The position numbers and the translations under genes are program-made. 64,000 nt of DNA from Diplonema japonicum (taxonomy: Eukaryota; Protista; Euglenozoa: Diplonemea): positions 160,868-224,867 of the forward strand of contig OZ025756.1 in NCBI GenBank assembly GCA_964019335.1, in the 5' to 3' direction. Shown in pieces: positions 9,118 to 20,252 of this stretch; position 1 is the stretch's first letter; each line of letters begins with the position of its first letter. Under the pieces are notes generated by a model. The model did no database searches. It saw nothing but the letters and a program-made list of their open reading frames with translations, and was not told where the DNA came from.

Positions 9118-10794
9118 TTAGTTGTGGCCCACTTTTAAATGAACATGGGTAACAAGACCACATTCTAATTTCTTTCCCTCCCCATTTCTTTTTTTTTTAA
9201 AAAAAGCTTCGAGATGTAAAGCAGCATGCATTGTCGAGGTGCTTGAGAGAGATGCTTCATCACAAGCACATCTCTTGTCCGTAACCCATAGCTTCCTGTC
9301 CTCCCTCTTCAGGAGGAGCTGCTGCTCCACAAAGGACTTCCTCCCAAGAAGGGATCGGGGGAGGAGAAGGAAGGGGCTTGTCACACCACCCACACCCTTC
9401 AGTTCAGTCTGCCCCATCGGGATGACAGAGACAGAGTCAAGGGGACCAACAGCCTCCATCACCTCAGGAGTGACAGCAACAGCCCCACCCACACAGACCC
9501 CTTCCATCCGAGCCGCCTTGTTCACAGTGTTCCCAAAGTAGTCGTACCTCCCTGTCAGGTTGTTCAGTTGTACCGAAACATCACCACAGTGAACACCCAC
9601 ACGAACCCTGAGACCACACCAAGGGCCTTCAGCATCCCACGAACAGTGGTCAACAGTGTCCAAGAGCTCCTCAGGCCACACACTGTTCACAAGCCTCTCC
9701 TGAACAGACAGACCGAACCACACCGCATCAGAAGTACTCTCGAAGGCCACCATGAAAGCATCCCCAATGGTCTTCACCTCGTACCCATTGTGCTCAGCGA
9801 TGCAGTCCCGTATTGCCTGGTTGTGAACTTGAAGTCCCTCCTTCATTCCTCCTGGACATGCCTCCCATGTTGCCGTCGATCCTTGGATGTCGGTGAAGAC
9901 AAGGGCTGCTCTCTCAGATTGAAGACCAGGTGTTGCCACCACGCCATGCGTCGGGCTGCTGCAGGTGTGCATGCTGTGGAAGAGTGCATCGGGGAGGTAG
10001 GGGCGGTAGTCCTTCAGGTTTTCAAGAATCTTGTCGAAAGACTCGTAAAGGGGAGGGGGGAGGGAGGCTGTTGAGATGATGGCCTCGGCTGCTTCAAGGT
10101 CGAAGTGGGAGAGGGAGGTCGCGATGTCCTCTGTGGCGGCGATCACCTTGTTCATCTTGTCGTGTTCTTTACGAAGGCCGTGCGCGAAGCCTCGGGTGAA
10201 GTAGAAGTCGAGGAGGATGATAAGGAGCTGAGCCACTGTGGTTTCACCACCAAGTGTGATGTCCCGAGTGCAAGGGAGGGAGGAGCAGATCACAAGTTCA
10301 CGACGGTCTGCCTGAGAAGGGAGGAGGGGGAGGTCAAACAGCCCGAATCTGGTGGTAATCTCAATCAGAAGTAACAAAAGCCACATAGACAAAGCGGCAA
10401 TGAGGTTTGTGGTGATTCGTGGGGGCAAATTACACACAAGGCAAATATCAATCAGAATCACGAAAAGAGGCCACGATCGGTCCCCGTTGCTGTAGGAGAT
10501 ATCATGCAAATCCCCCAATAGAAAGGCTACCGCAAACAAGTAAAGGCCTGCTTCAACCGACGGTCCTTGGACCCGCTTCTGCACGAGAAGTTGAAAGAGG
10601 ACGAAGCAAGCTGCTGCGATGCCGACGAAGGCCCCTATGACCTGCAAGGTCCACCCCCACTTCACAAATACCAGCGCGTAGCCTATGAGAGCACCACCAC
10701 CTATGGTCAGCAGCACTTTTTTCGCGAAGGTGGTATCAAGGTCATCGCTAGGTAATACCACATAACCAAAGGCGAGACGCAGCCAGCCCCACAT
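9118..10794 (-). CDS. Receptor adenylate cyclase paralog, C-terminally truncated (lacks the degenerate second domain); possibly a pseudogene
   Basis: Likely start MWGWLRLAF at 10794 (the ORF extension to 11310 reads through poly-A and a MITE). Catalytic domain intact; homology ends near 9210 and runs into low-complexity sequence. Confidence 0.8.
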   Translation of the reverse strand: MWGWLRLAFGYVVLPSDDLDTTFAKKVLLTIGGGALIGYALVFVKWGWTLQVIGAFVGIAAACFVLFQLLVQKRVQGPSVEAGLYLFAVAFLLGDLHDISYSNGDRSWPLFVILIDICLVCNLPPRITTNLIAALSMWLLLLLIEITTRFGLFDLPLLPSQADRRELVICSSLPCTRDITLGGETTVAQLLIILLDFYFTRGFAHGLRKEHDKMNKVIAATEDIATSLSHFDLEAAEAIISTASLPPPLYESFDKILENLKDYRPYLPDALFHSMHTCSSPTHGVVATPGLQSERAALVFTDIQGSTATWEACPGGMKEGLQVHNQAIRDCIAEHNGYEVKTIGDAFMVAFESTSDAVWFGLSVQERLVNSVWPEELLDTVDHCSWDAEGPWCGLRVRVGVHCGDVSVQLNNLTGRYDYFGNTVNKAARMEGVCVGGAVAVTPEVMEAVGPLDSVSVIPMGQTELKGVGGVTSPFLLLPRSLLGRKSFVEQQLLLKREDRKLWVTDKRCACDEASLSSTSTMHAALHLEAFFKKKRNGEGKKLECGLVTHVHLKVGHN

Positions 10795-11131
10795 GATGGG
10801 ACCTGTGTGGGATATATTATAACGGAACAGAAAAATGGTAGAAGAAGAAGTGTGGGGGTGTTGGCTCGCTACAAAAATATGGTAGGCGGCCCACCAGTTT
10901 AAAAGAAGTTTTTTTTTTCTCTCTTTTTTTTTTTTTTCCTTTCTGACAAATACCAAAAGATACTTATTATCGTGCTCTGGTCGGGAATTAATTTTATCTT
11001 TTTTTTTTCTTTTTTTTTTTTTCCCGTACTCTACTACCGGCATCTTTAGCCATTTGAGGACGTTTTTCAAATGGAAAGTCAGAACCTCGTTCGACCTCAG
11101 CATGTGTTGCACCCCCCCCCTCCCCCCCCCC

Positions 11132-11315
11132 CTATGCTGGCATGGAAACGCGTTTCCATGCATTTTTTGAAAAAAAGGGAAACGGAAACGGAAACGGAAA
11201 CGTTTCCTTATGTTTCCTTTAGAAGGAAGCCGTTTCCATAAGAATTTTGAAAAGTATGGAAACGGAAACGGGAACGGAAACGGAAACGTTTCCGCGTTTC
11301 CTGCCAGCATAGCCC
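11132..11315. mobile_element. MITE-like element A1
   Basis: TIR CTATGCTGGCATGGAAACGCG ... CGCGTTTCCTGCCAGCATAG with internal (GGAAAC)n. Confidence 0.7.
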
Positions 11316-11321
11316 CCCCCA

Positions 11322-11483
11322 GGGCTATGCTGGCAAGAAACTGGGAAACGTGTTTCCGTATCTGTTTCCTTATTTTTCAAGTACTGAAACGGCCCAAAAT
11401 AAGGAAATGTTTCCGTTTTCCTTATTTTCAAAAAAGAAAAAAGGAAAAAAGCTTGGAAACGCGTTTCCTTGCCAGCATAGCCC
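11322..11483. mobile_element. MITE-like element A2
   Basis: TIR GGGCTATGCTGGCAAG ... CTTGCCAGCATAGCCC. Confidence 0.75.
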
Positions 11484-11485
11484 TA

Positions 11486-12169
11486 GGCATAGTGGTGAAA
11501 CAACTCGCATGCGAGAATGCGAGGACGATTCTCGCACCAAATCCTCGCACATTCTCGCATGCGAGAATGATGCGAGAATCTTTTTTGGCTGAAAACTTCA
11601 ACAGGGAACCTGGTAACCAGTGCCCGAGTGTCAAAAATCTTCGAAGGACCTCAACAGGCAGTGCTTTGCCCCGTGGTGGGGCAGGAGTTCATAGCGGGTG
11701 GGCGATGTCGTGTTTGGTCGCAGGCACCACTAACCACCAAGCAGCAAACACGCCTTCCCAGCATCCCATTGGTGGAGCTCGCGCACATGAAGATACCGAC
11801 ACCAGACACGCTGCTGGCAAAGGGGCCCGGATTCGAGAAGGAGACAAGGGCTCGAGAAGAGTAAAATAAAGCATCGAAAAGACCCTGTTGCCGTTAAGCA
11901 CAGACGCCACCAGTGCCAAACATTTCTGGGCTGGTCGGATACTCAGAGGAGCCCCTCCTCCCCCTGGACATCAAGGAGGGTGAATCACACACGGGGGCGG
12001 ACGTGAACGCACTGATCGCGTTAGTTCGAGGGGGGTTATTTTTGACACATGCACACCTGAAGTGCACACTAGCATGTGTGAGAATCGTGCGAGAATGCGA
12101 CGTCGTTTTGCGAGAATTTCGGCTCAGATTTTTTTTGTGCGAGAATGCGACTCACTTCACTACTATGCC
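11486..12169. mobile_element. Non-autonomous TIR element B (684 bp)
   Basis: TIR GGCATAGTGGTGAA ... TTCACTACTATGCC, flanked by TA on both sides; subterminal GCGAGAAT repeats at both ends. Confidence 0.75.
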
Positions 12170-12189
12170 TAGAGGGGTCATAAGGGGGT

Positions 12190-12236
<47 letters not shown>

Positions 12237-12262
12237 CATTTTTCAGTTTTTTTGCTAAGGGC

Positions 12263-12409
12263 ATTTTGGGCCCTTAAAAAACTCTAACCACCCCCAAAAG
12301 ACGACAACGGGGCCCCCAAAAATTAGAACATCCTGGTCCTGAAAACCATGGGGAAACGGGGGTTTGGGTGAGCACTTTTGGGGTTAGAGTTTTTTTAAGG
12401 GCCTAAAAT
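12263..12409. repeat. Inverted repeat (MITE-like remnant)
   Basis: ATTTTGGGCCCTTAAAAAACTCTAACC...CCAAAAG versus CTTTTGGGGTTAGAGTTTTTTTAAGGGCCTAAAAT. Confidence 0.6.
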
Positions 12410-12970
12410 ACGCCATTGCGAAAAAGAAATTCGATAAAGTTTCAGTGCATGGGGGGTGCTTACTGTTCAAGTAGATAAAAGAAACGTCACCCCTTGATGC
12501 CGACCAAGGGAAGCTTTGAACTTTTTTTTGGGGGGGGGAAGACTAACCGGCCAGCAGTAACAGACCAACATCCTGGAGCGAAATGAGAAATACGAAAGGA
12601 GAAGGGTTCAAAAAAGAAGAAAAAAAAAAAAATAAAAAGAGTCTTAATCCATCTCTTCAGGCTGTTCTATCCTTGAAAATATTGAATTTTCTTTTCTCCT
12701 CCCTCCCAAAAAAAAAAAAAACCGGACTACGAAAAGAGGGGGGGGGGGGGGGGGGGGGGGTGTCACCTCATACTATTTTAAGTAGGAATTTTGCACAAAT
12801 GAGAAAATGTGTATAAAAGTGAATACAATCACTCCCCCTCACCCATAAAAAGCCAAAAAGCTGCTTCTTGTAACACCTTGGTGTTCATGGCACTTTTTTG
12901 ACCGAGTCGAGAAATAAAAGAGCCACCAAATCATCCCAGCTCCAGTGGTATTATAAGTGCAACCCCACCT

Positions 12971-15121
12971 TCAAGCAGAACCAAAGGATGCAATCGAAGT
13001 TCTAGTCGTCTCTGCGACACAGCTCACTTGCTGTAGATACAACGCCGTCCCATTAGGGGCCTCCTGTGTGTCTTCTTCTGTAATACTTAGTCCCTCCATC
13101 TCAGAAACAAGGAAGGGGGATATATAGTAGCACAGAACGTCCTTCGCCACGGCATCGCTGCACAGTGAACTGCTCACCACCACACCAGTTCCAAGAACAG
13201 TCACAAACTTCTGCCTCTTGTCCCCCACTGTCCCGTGAAAAATGGTGCTCGTCGACATCCCCACATGGATCGAGGCCTCACCCCCAAGGCCAGCAGACAC
13301 CCCAAGCATCTTCACAAACACCAACGAGTTCTCAACATGTGTGGGGCATGGTTTGGTGCAGTTCCAGCAGACAGCAACCCTGTTCCCCTGAAGCGACACC
13401 ACTGCTCCGTGTGACCTCTCCGTGCACGTCAGTATCCTTGCAAGCCCGTTGTTCACAATGGCACCGACTTCGCTGCCTGACTCGTAGCTCTTTAACGCAA
13501 CCTCAACCTTCCCTACAGTGGCACAGGTGCTCACCTGCAGGGTTGGTGTGCCTGCATTTGAAGTATTGGAGTGCCAACTTTTAAAACTTGAAGTTATTGA
13601 CAAGGCATTTTTAGTACTAACGAACGTCCTGTCCTCCATTTTCAGGAGGAGCTGCTGCTCCACAAAGTCCTTCCTCCCAAGAAGCTCGTACGGCAGCAGA
13701 ATGAAGGGGTTTACAAAGCCTCTCACACCCTTCAGTTCGGTTGGACCCATCGGGATAGAGGCTACACGCTCAAGAGGGCCTACTTCATGCAAGACCTCAG
13801 GAGTGACAGCAACAGCCCCACCCACACAGACCCCTTCCATCCGAGCCGCCTTGTTCACAGTGTTCCCAAAGTAGTCGTACCTCCCTGTCAGGTTGTTCAG
13901 TTGTACCGAAACATCACCACAGTGAACACCCACACGAACCCTGAGACCACACCAAGGGCCTTTGAGTCTCCACGAACAGCATTCTAGTGACAGCAGGTCT
14001 GCAGGCCACACACTGTCGAGAAGCCTCTCCTGAACAGACAGACCGAACCACACCGCATCAGAAGTACTCTCAAAGGCCACCATGAAGGAGTCCCCAATGG
14101 TCTTCACCTCGTACCCATTGTGCTCAGCGATGCAGTCCCGTATTGCCTTGTTGTGAATCTGAAGTCCCTCTTGCATCCCTTCTGGACATGCCTCCCATGT
14201 TGCCGTCGATCCTTGGATGTCGGTGAAGACAAGGCTTGCTCGTTGTGAATTGAGCCCGGGGACAGGGGTGCTCTGAGGTTGCCCTTCGGTGCTGGAGTCG
14301 CTGTGCATGCTGTGGAAGAGTGCATCGGGGATGTAGGGGCGGTAGCCTTTCAAGTTGTCAAGAATCTTGCTGAAGGCGTCGTAAAGGGGAGGGGGGAGGG
14401 AGGCGGTTGAGATGATGTCCTCGGCTGCCTCAAGGTCGAAGCGGGAGAGGGAGGTCGCGATGTCCTCTGTGGCGGTGACCACATTGTTCATCTTTTCATG
14501 CTCCGCGTAAAGCTCGTACGCAAAGCGGCGAGTGAAGTAGAAGTCGAGGAGGATGATAATGATTTGACCCTGTGTGTTCTCAAAGGACTCGGCCAGATCT
14601 AACCTGCAGGGGAGTGTGGGACACGTGACTAATTTCAATCTGTCCTCTTGTGAAGAGAGGTACCGTATGTCGTAGAGGCCAAAACGGTAGGTAGATTCGA
14701 CTAAAATAAGCAGCAGCCACAGCACAAGCATGATGATTAAGTTCCTCGCAACACGAGACGGCATTCTGCACACAAGGCAGACGTCAATCATGATCACAAA
14801 GAAGGGCCACGCCCTGTCCCCCGTACCATATGACACGTCAAAAAGATCAGCAGCAAGAAGCCCTGCAGCCAGAAAGTATATGGACACCTCCGCTATCCTC
14901 AGCCGGAGCCGTTTTTCTATTATTAACTGCGCGAAGACCGAGAAGAGTGCGATCATGGCCACCACGGCCCCCATCATCTCGAGGTCCCATTTCAGCAGCA
15001 TCACGGTGAAGATATAACCGATGAAGGCCACAATTGAGCCGAGCACCAACACCTTTTTGATGAATATTGTTTTCGAATCGTCTGTTTTGAGGATCACGTG
15101 CGAAAATAAAAAGAATTGCAT
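12971..15121 (-). CDS. Multi-TM receptor adenylate cyclase paralog
   Basis: 716 aa; all catalytic motifs present. Confidence 0.92.
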   Translation of the reverse strand: MQFFLFSHVILKTDDSKTIFIKKVLVLGSIVAFIGYIFTVMLLKWDLEMMGAVVAMIALFSVFAQLIIEKRLRLRIAEVSIYFLAAGLLAADLFDVSYGTGDRAWPFFVIMIDVCLVCRMPSRVARNLIIMLVLWLLLILVESTYRFGLYDIRYLSSQEDRLKLVTCPTLPCRLDLAESFENTQGQIIIILLDFYFTRRFAYELYAEHEKMNNVVTATEDIATSLSRFDLEAAEDIISTASLPPPLYDAFSKILDNLKGYRPYIPDALFHSMHSDSSTEGQPQSTPVPGLNSQRASLVFTDIQGSTATWEACPEGMQEGLQIHNKAIRDCIAEHNGYEVKTIGDSFMVAFESTSDAVWFGLSVQERLLDSVWPADLLSLECCSWRLKGPWCGLRVRVGVHCGDVSVQLNNLTGRYDYFGNTVNKAARMEGVCVGGAVAVTPEVLHEVGPLERVASIPMGPTELKGVRGFVNPFILLPYELLGRKDFVEQQLLLKMEDRTFVSTKNALSITSSFKSWHSNTSNAGTPTLQVSTCATVGKVEVALKSYESGSEVGAIVNNGLARILTCTERSHGAVVSLQGNRVAVCWNCTKPCPTHVENSLVFVKMLGVSAGLGGEASIHVGMSTSTIFHGTVGDKRQKFVTVLGTGVVVSSSLCSDAVAKDVLCYYISPFLVSEMEGLSITEEDTQEAPNGTALYLQQVSCVAETTRTSIASFGSA

Positions 15122-15454
15122 CTTTTTGATGAAAGCCGGGCTGGAGCCCCCACCTTTCCCCCCCTGTGGTGAATGGGTTTACGTTTTTTTTTTTTTTTTT
15201 TTTTTTTCTTTTTTTTTTTTGTTGTCGGAGCCGTGATGTTCGGAATAAAGATCACATGAGGGCTTTGCTGGAAAGCAAAATGTTTATATGTGCGAGAGAC
15301 TAACTTCAGCCTCTTGTCAAACACCAACGTGTTTCGCAATCTCTTCTCGATCATGATCTGCACGGAGAAGTCGAGGAGCCACGCAACCATACTTACAACC
15401 CTTTTATTCGTCTCCCGGTACACAAAGAATTGAAACAACATAGAAGAATTGTCT

Positions 15455-15500
<46 letters not shown>

Positions 15501-15647
15501 GCGGTTTTTTAATGAGGGGGCAAAAGTCAACAAATATGAGTTGCAAAGTGAACAGGGAGTGTAAACAAGGCCACTACTACTGGAGAACACGAGCAAGTAG
15601 GGAATACACCTAAGAAGATGAGGCCGTTGTCTTTACGTATCCCATCA

Positions 15648-15680
<33 letters not shown>

Positions 15681-15722
15681 AAGAAAGAAAACAAAGAAGC
15701 AAACACACCGGAAGGTGTGAAG

Positions 15723-17867
15723 TTATTGTTCGCTATTAAATGGGAGGACTAGCTGGGCCTTGTCATCAGAGCTCACAAGATATGCCTTCTGCATGGACAC
15801 CTCGCCAGGTACTTCGAAGGTACTTTCCCGCAGTATGCTGAGACCATCGATGCCGAATAGCTCGTAGGGTGAAGCATAACAGCACAGAACACCACTGGAT
15901 ATAGCATCACAGCAAAGTGAACTGCTCACCACCACACCAGTTCCAAGAACAGTCACAAACAGCTGCCTTTTGCTGCCCACCGTCCCATGAAACATGGTGC
16001 TCGTCGACATCCCCACATGGATCGAGGCCTCACCCCCAAAGTCAGCGGACACCCCAAGCATCTTCACAAACACCAACGAGTTCTCAACATGTGTGGGGCA
16101 TGGTTTGGTGCAGTTCCAGCAGACAGCAACCCTGTTCCCCTGAAGCGACACCACTGCTCCGTGTGACCTCTCCGTGCACGTCAGTATCTTCGACATGCAG
16201 ATATTCATTGTGCTCCCAATAAGGTGAGCCTCGTAGCTCCTAAGCACAATCTCAACCTTCCCAACAGTGGCAGTGCTCTGTTGCAGAATATTTGCAAAAC
16301 TCCAGGAGCCATTGTACGACGGACTGGAGCTGGCAGTGTCGGAGACTAAGTTGTTGGGAATGTCAGTTGATACTTCTAACTTCCTGTCCTCCCTCTTCAG
16401 GAGGAGCTGCTGCTCAACAAAGGACTTCCGTTTGATTAGATTTTGAGGGACAAGAAGGAAGGGGTTTATCACACCACCCACACCCTTCAGCTCAGTCTGC
16501 CCCATCGGGATGACAGAGACAGAGTCAAGAGGACCAACAGCCCCCATCACCTCAGGAGTGACAGCAACAGCCCCACCCACACAAGCCCCTTCCATCCGAG
16601 CCGCCTTGTTCACAGTGTTCCCAAAGTAGTCGTACCTCCCTGTCAAGTTGTTCAGTTGTACCGAAACATCACCACAGTGAACACCCACACGAACCCTGAG
16701 ACCACACCAAGGGCCTTCAGCATCCCACGAACAGTGGTCAACAGTGTCCAAGAGCTCCTCAGGCCACACACTGTTCACAAGCCTCTCCTGAACAGACAGA
16801 CCGAACCACACCGCATCAGAAGTACTCTCGAAGGCCACCATGAAGGAGTCCCCAATGGTCTTCACCTCGTACCCATTGTGCTCAGCGATGCAGTCCCGTA
16901 TTGCCTGGTTATGAACTTGAAGTCCCTCCTTCATTCCTTCTGGACATGCCTCCCATGTTGCCGTCGATCCTTGGATGTCGGTGAAGACAAGGCTTGCTTG
17001 TCTTGTCGTCAATCCCGGTGCTGGTGCCTCTCTGGGTGTGCGCACTTCGCTGTGGAGCTCGTGGAAGAGTGCATCGGGGAGGTAGGGGCGATACATCTCA
17101 AGGTTGGTGAGGATCTCGCAGAAAGCGTTATAAAGGGGAGGGGGGAGGGAGGCGGTTGAGATGATGTCCTCGGCTGCCTCAAGGTCGAAGCGGGAGAGGG
17201 AGGTCGCGATTTCCTCTGTGGCGGCGATCACCTTGTTCATCTTCTCGTGTTGTACATGAAGGCCGTTCGCGAAGCCTCGGGTGAAGTAGAAGTCGAGGAG
17301 GAAAATTAAAAGCTGTCCAACAAAAATCCGGACGCTACGTGAAATCGACACGGGGCAGGGGAGGTGGGAGCATTCACAGGACTCTCGGCGCTGCTCTTGG
17401 GAGCTGAGGAACCAAATGTCGTAAAGGCCAAAACGATACACGTTTTCCAGCGATAGGAAGCAAAACCAGCTAGTCAAGAGGATCACTAAAGTAGTGGCAA
17501 CACGATTGTCCACCCGGCATACAAGGCAGAGATCGACTAAGACGACGAAGTAGGGCCACGACCTGTCGTGGTTTTGCACCACCAGAAGCAAGTCAGACAG
17601 CAACAGGGAAACACCCATAAATAATATCCAGGCTACCATTATGCGCCGCCGAAGCTTCTTTTCGATTAGCATCTGCAGGAAAAAAGCGAAGGACAAAACG
17701 GCCGTCACTACTCTGTGAACTCGCAACGACGGGTTGCCGCGAGCCAAGGATACTGCACCATAATATGCCGAGGCGGATGCGCTGGCCACCAACATCACTT
17801 TTTTACTAAAGGCAATCGAGGGGTCGTCCGTTGGCAGCACAACACGCTCGAACGGAAAGAGTAGCAT
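15723..17867 (-). CDS. Multi-TM receptor adenylate cyclase paralog
   Basis: 714 aa; all catalytic motifs present. Confidence 0.92.
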   Translation of the reverse strand: MLLFPFERVVLPTDDPSIAFSKKVMLVASASASAYYGAVSLARGNPSLRVHRVVTAVLSFAFFLQMLIEKKLRRRIMVAWILFMGVSLLLSDLLLVVQNHDRSWPYFVVLVDLCLVCRVDNRVATTLVILLTSWFCFLSLENVYRFGLYDIWFLSSQEQRRESCECSHLPCPVSISRSVRIFVGQLLIFLLDFYFTRGFANGLHVQHEKMNKVIAATEEIATSLSRFDLEAAEDIISTASLPPPLYNAFCEILTNLEMYRPYLPDALFHELHSEVRTPREAPAPGLTTRQASLVFTDIQGSTATWEACPEGMKEGLQVHNQAIRDCIAEHNGYEVKTIGDSFMVAFESTSDAVWFGLSVQERLVNSVWPEELLDTVDHCSWDAEGPWCGLRVRVGVHCGDVSVQLNNLTGRYDYFGNTVNKAARMEGACVGGAVAVTPEVMGAVGPLDSVSVIPMGQTELKGVGGVINPFLLVPQNLIKRKSFVEQQLLLKREDRKLEVSTDIPNNLVSDTASSSPSYNGSWSFANILQQSTATVGKVEIVLRSYEAHLIGSTMNICMSKILTCTERSHGAVVSLQGNRVAVCWNCTKPCPTHVENSLVFVKMLGVSADFGGEASIHVGMSTSTMFHGTVGSKRQLFVTVLGTGVVVSSSLCCDAISSGVLCCYASPYELFGIDGLSILRESTFEVPGEVSMQKAYLVSSDDKAQLVLPFNSEQ

Positions 17868-17968
17868 TTTCTTTTTTTCCTTTTGTTTCGTTGAAAAATA
17901 GTCTTAACCAGACAGAAACGGAGACATATGAAGCATCATGGCTGTAAAGCTATGTTGGGTTCAGCAAA

Positions 17969-20113
17969 CTAAGTAAACTGACGAACAGAAATCGTCTCAT
18001 CGCACTGCAGTTCTATATGCACCAGATGCATCATTGCCCCATTAGGTGCCTCCTGGTTCCCTTGTTTCGACATGTTTAGCCCCTCTAGATCTGTCAGATC
18101 GAAGGGAGTGGCAAAATAGCACAAAACACAACAACGAATGGCATCGCTGCACAGTGAACTGCTCACCACCACACCAGTTCCAAGAACAGTCACAAACTTC
18201 TGCCTCTTGTCCCCCACCGTCCCGTGAAACATGGTGCTCGTCGACATCCCCACATGGATCGAGGCTGCACCCCCAAGGTCAGACACCCCAAGCATCCTCA
18301 CAAACACCAACGAGTTCTCAACATGTGTGGGGCATGGTTTGGTGCAGTTCCAGCTGACGGCGATCCTGTTCCCCTGAAGCGACACCACTGCTCCGTGTGA
18401 CCTCTCCGTGCATGTCAGTATCTTAGCAAGCCCAGTATGCATCGTATAACTCACTTCGCTGCCTGACTCGTAGCTCCCAAGTACAAATTCCGCATGGCTA
18501 ACAGTGGCGGAGATGCTGTGCTGAAGGGGAGTAAGTTTCCACGAGTGGTAGGTTATAGAGCTGTCCTCGGTATCACATCTTGCGGAGGAGTGCACAGTTG
18601 ATGCTGGTGAGTGGGGTGCCTCATTGCTACATGTCCTGTCCTCCCTCTTCAGCTTAAGTTGTTGCTCCACAAAGGACTTCCTCTCAAGAAGGGAACGGGG
18701 GAGAAGAAGGGAGGGGTATATCACACCACCCACACCCTTCAGTTCAGTCGCCCCCATCGGGATGACAGAGACAGAGTCAAGGGGACCAACAGCCTCCATC
18801 ACCTCAGAAGTGACAGCAACAGCCCCACCCACACAGACCCCTTCCATCCGAGCCGCCTTGTTCACAGTGTTCCCAAAGTAGTCGTACCTCCCTGTCAGGG
18901 TGTTCAGTTGTACCGAAACATCACCACAGTGAACACCCACACGAACCCTGAGACCACACCAAGGGCCTTCAGGCCGCCACGTACAGTGTTCGAGTGTCAG
19001 AAGCTCCTCAGGCCACACACTGTTCACAAGCCTCTCCTGAACAGACAGACCGAACCACACCGCATCAGAAGCACTCTCAAAGGCCACCATGAAGGAGTCC
19101 CCAATGGTCTTCACCTCGTACCCATTGTGCTCAGCGATGCAGTCCCGTATTGCCTGGTTGTGAACCTGAAGTCCCTCCTTCATCCCTTCTGGACATGCCT
19201 CCCATGTTGCCGTCGATCCTTGGATGTCGGTGAAGACAAGGGTTACCCTTTCGGACTTCAGTCCAGGAACGGGAACGTCTAGTTCAGGTGGGCCCTCGCT
19301 GTGCATGTTGTGGAAGAGTGCATCGGGGAGGTAGGGGCGGTAAATCTCAAGGTTTTCAAGAATCTTGTTGAAAGACTCGTAAAGGGGAGGGGGGAGGGAG
19401 GCTGTTGAGATGATGGCCTCGGCTGAGACAAGGTCGAAGCGGGAGAGGGAGGTCGCGATGTCCTCTGTGGCGGCGATCACTTTGTTCATCTTGTCGTGTT
19501 CTGTGTGAAGACCAACAGCGAAGCCTCGGGTGAAGTAGAAGTCGAGGAGGAAGACCAGAACCTGCCCAAAGTAGGCAGGTACAGCTGTGGTATACCCCAC
19601 AGGGCAAGGAAGGGTGACGCAGTCGCAAGCCTCTCGGCGGTTTTCCTGCGAGTCAAAGAAGGGTAGGTCGAAGATGCCGAAGCGATGGGTGGTTTCGAAG
19701 AAGAGAATGGTCAGCCAGACAATCAAAGATATTATTAAAGCAGTGGCAACCCGGCTGTCAAGGCGGCAGACAAGGCAGATGTCTATGAGGACGACAAAGA
19801 AGGGCCACGACCTGTTGCCTTGGTTCTGCGCTGCAAGGTATGCGTCAGCCGACAAGAACATTGCACCTAAAAACCCCAACCAAGCCACCATCACAGCGTG
19901 CCGAAGCTTTCTTTCAACCACAATCTGCACGAGGAAAAAAAGCGATAGAAAAGTGATTCCGAACCTCCGCCACCAGATGTACTGTGCAGCAGGGATAAGC
20001 AGCGACAATCCATAGTACGTAGAACACGACACACACGAAATGATAACAACCTTCCTTCGAAAAGCAGTCAGCGAATTGTCAGACTCTCTCCAAAGCTCCT
20101 TTAACAAAGGCAT
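17969..20113 (-). CDS. Multi-TM receptor adenylate cyclase paralog
   Basis: Likely start MPLLKELW at 20113 (the upstream extension is poly-A derived); catalytic motifs intact. Confidence 0.9.
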   Translation of the reverse strand: MPLLKELWRESDNSLTAFRRKVVIISCVSCSTYYGLSLLIPAAQYIWWRRFGITFLSLFFLVQIVVERKLRHAVMVAWLGFLGAMFLSADAYLAAQNQGNRSWPFFVVLIDICLVCRLDSRVATALIISLIVWLTILFFETTHRFGIFDLPFFDSQENRREACDCVTLPCPVGYTTAVPAYFGQVLVFLLDFYFTRGFAVGLHTEHDKMNKVIAATEDIATSLSRFDLVSAEAIISTASLPPPLYESFNKILENLEIYRPYLPDALFHNMHSEGPPELDVPVPGLKSERVTLVFTDIQGSTATWEACPEGMKEGLQVHNQAIRDCIAEHNGYEVKTIGDSFMVAFESASDAVWFGLSVQERLVNSVWPEELLTLEHCTWRPEGPWCGLRVRVGVHCGDVSVQLNTLTGRYDYFGNTVNKAARMEGVCVGGAVAVTSEVMEAVGPLDSVSVIPMGATELKGVGGVIYPSLLLPRSLLERKSFVEQQLKLKREDRTCSNEAPHSPASTVHSSARCDTEDSSITYHSWKLTPLQHSISATVSHAEFVLGSYESGSEVSYTMHTGLAKILTCTERSHGAVVSLQGNRIAVSWNCTKPCPTHVENSLVFVRMLGVSDLGGAASIHVGMSTSTMFHGTVGDKRQKFVTVLGTGVVVSSSLCSDAIRCCVLCYFATPFDLTDLEGLNMSKQGNQEAPNGAMMHLVHIELQCDETISVRQFT

Positions 20114-20252
20114 TTTCTTTTTTTTTTTTTTTTTTCTTTTCTTTTCTTCCTTCTTGGGTTGTGGCGACATCTGAAGAAGGAACAAATACACAAATAGGGC
20201 GTAGCTGGGAAGGAGGAATTCTCGCACCTACCCACACCCGCACATAATGGTA

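Noticed and set aside
10795-11310. N-terminal extension of the 9118 ORF and the plus-strand ORF 11210-11869
   Set aside because: Read-through of MITE and poly-A sequence.
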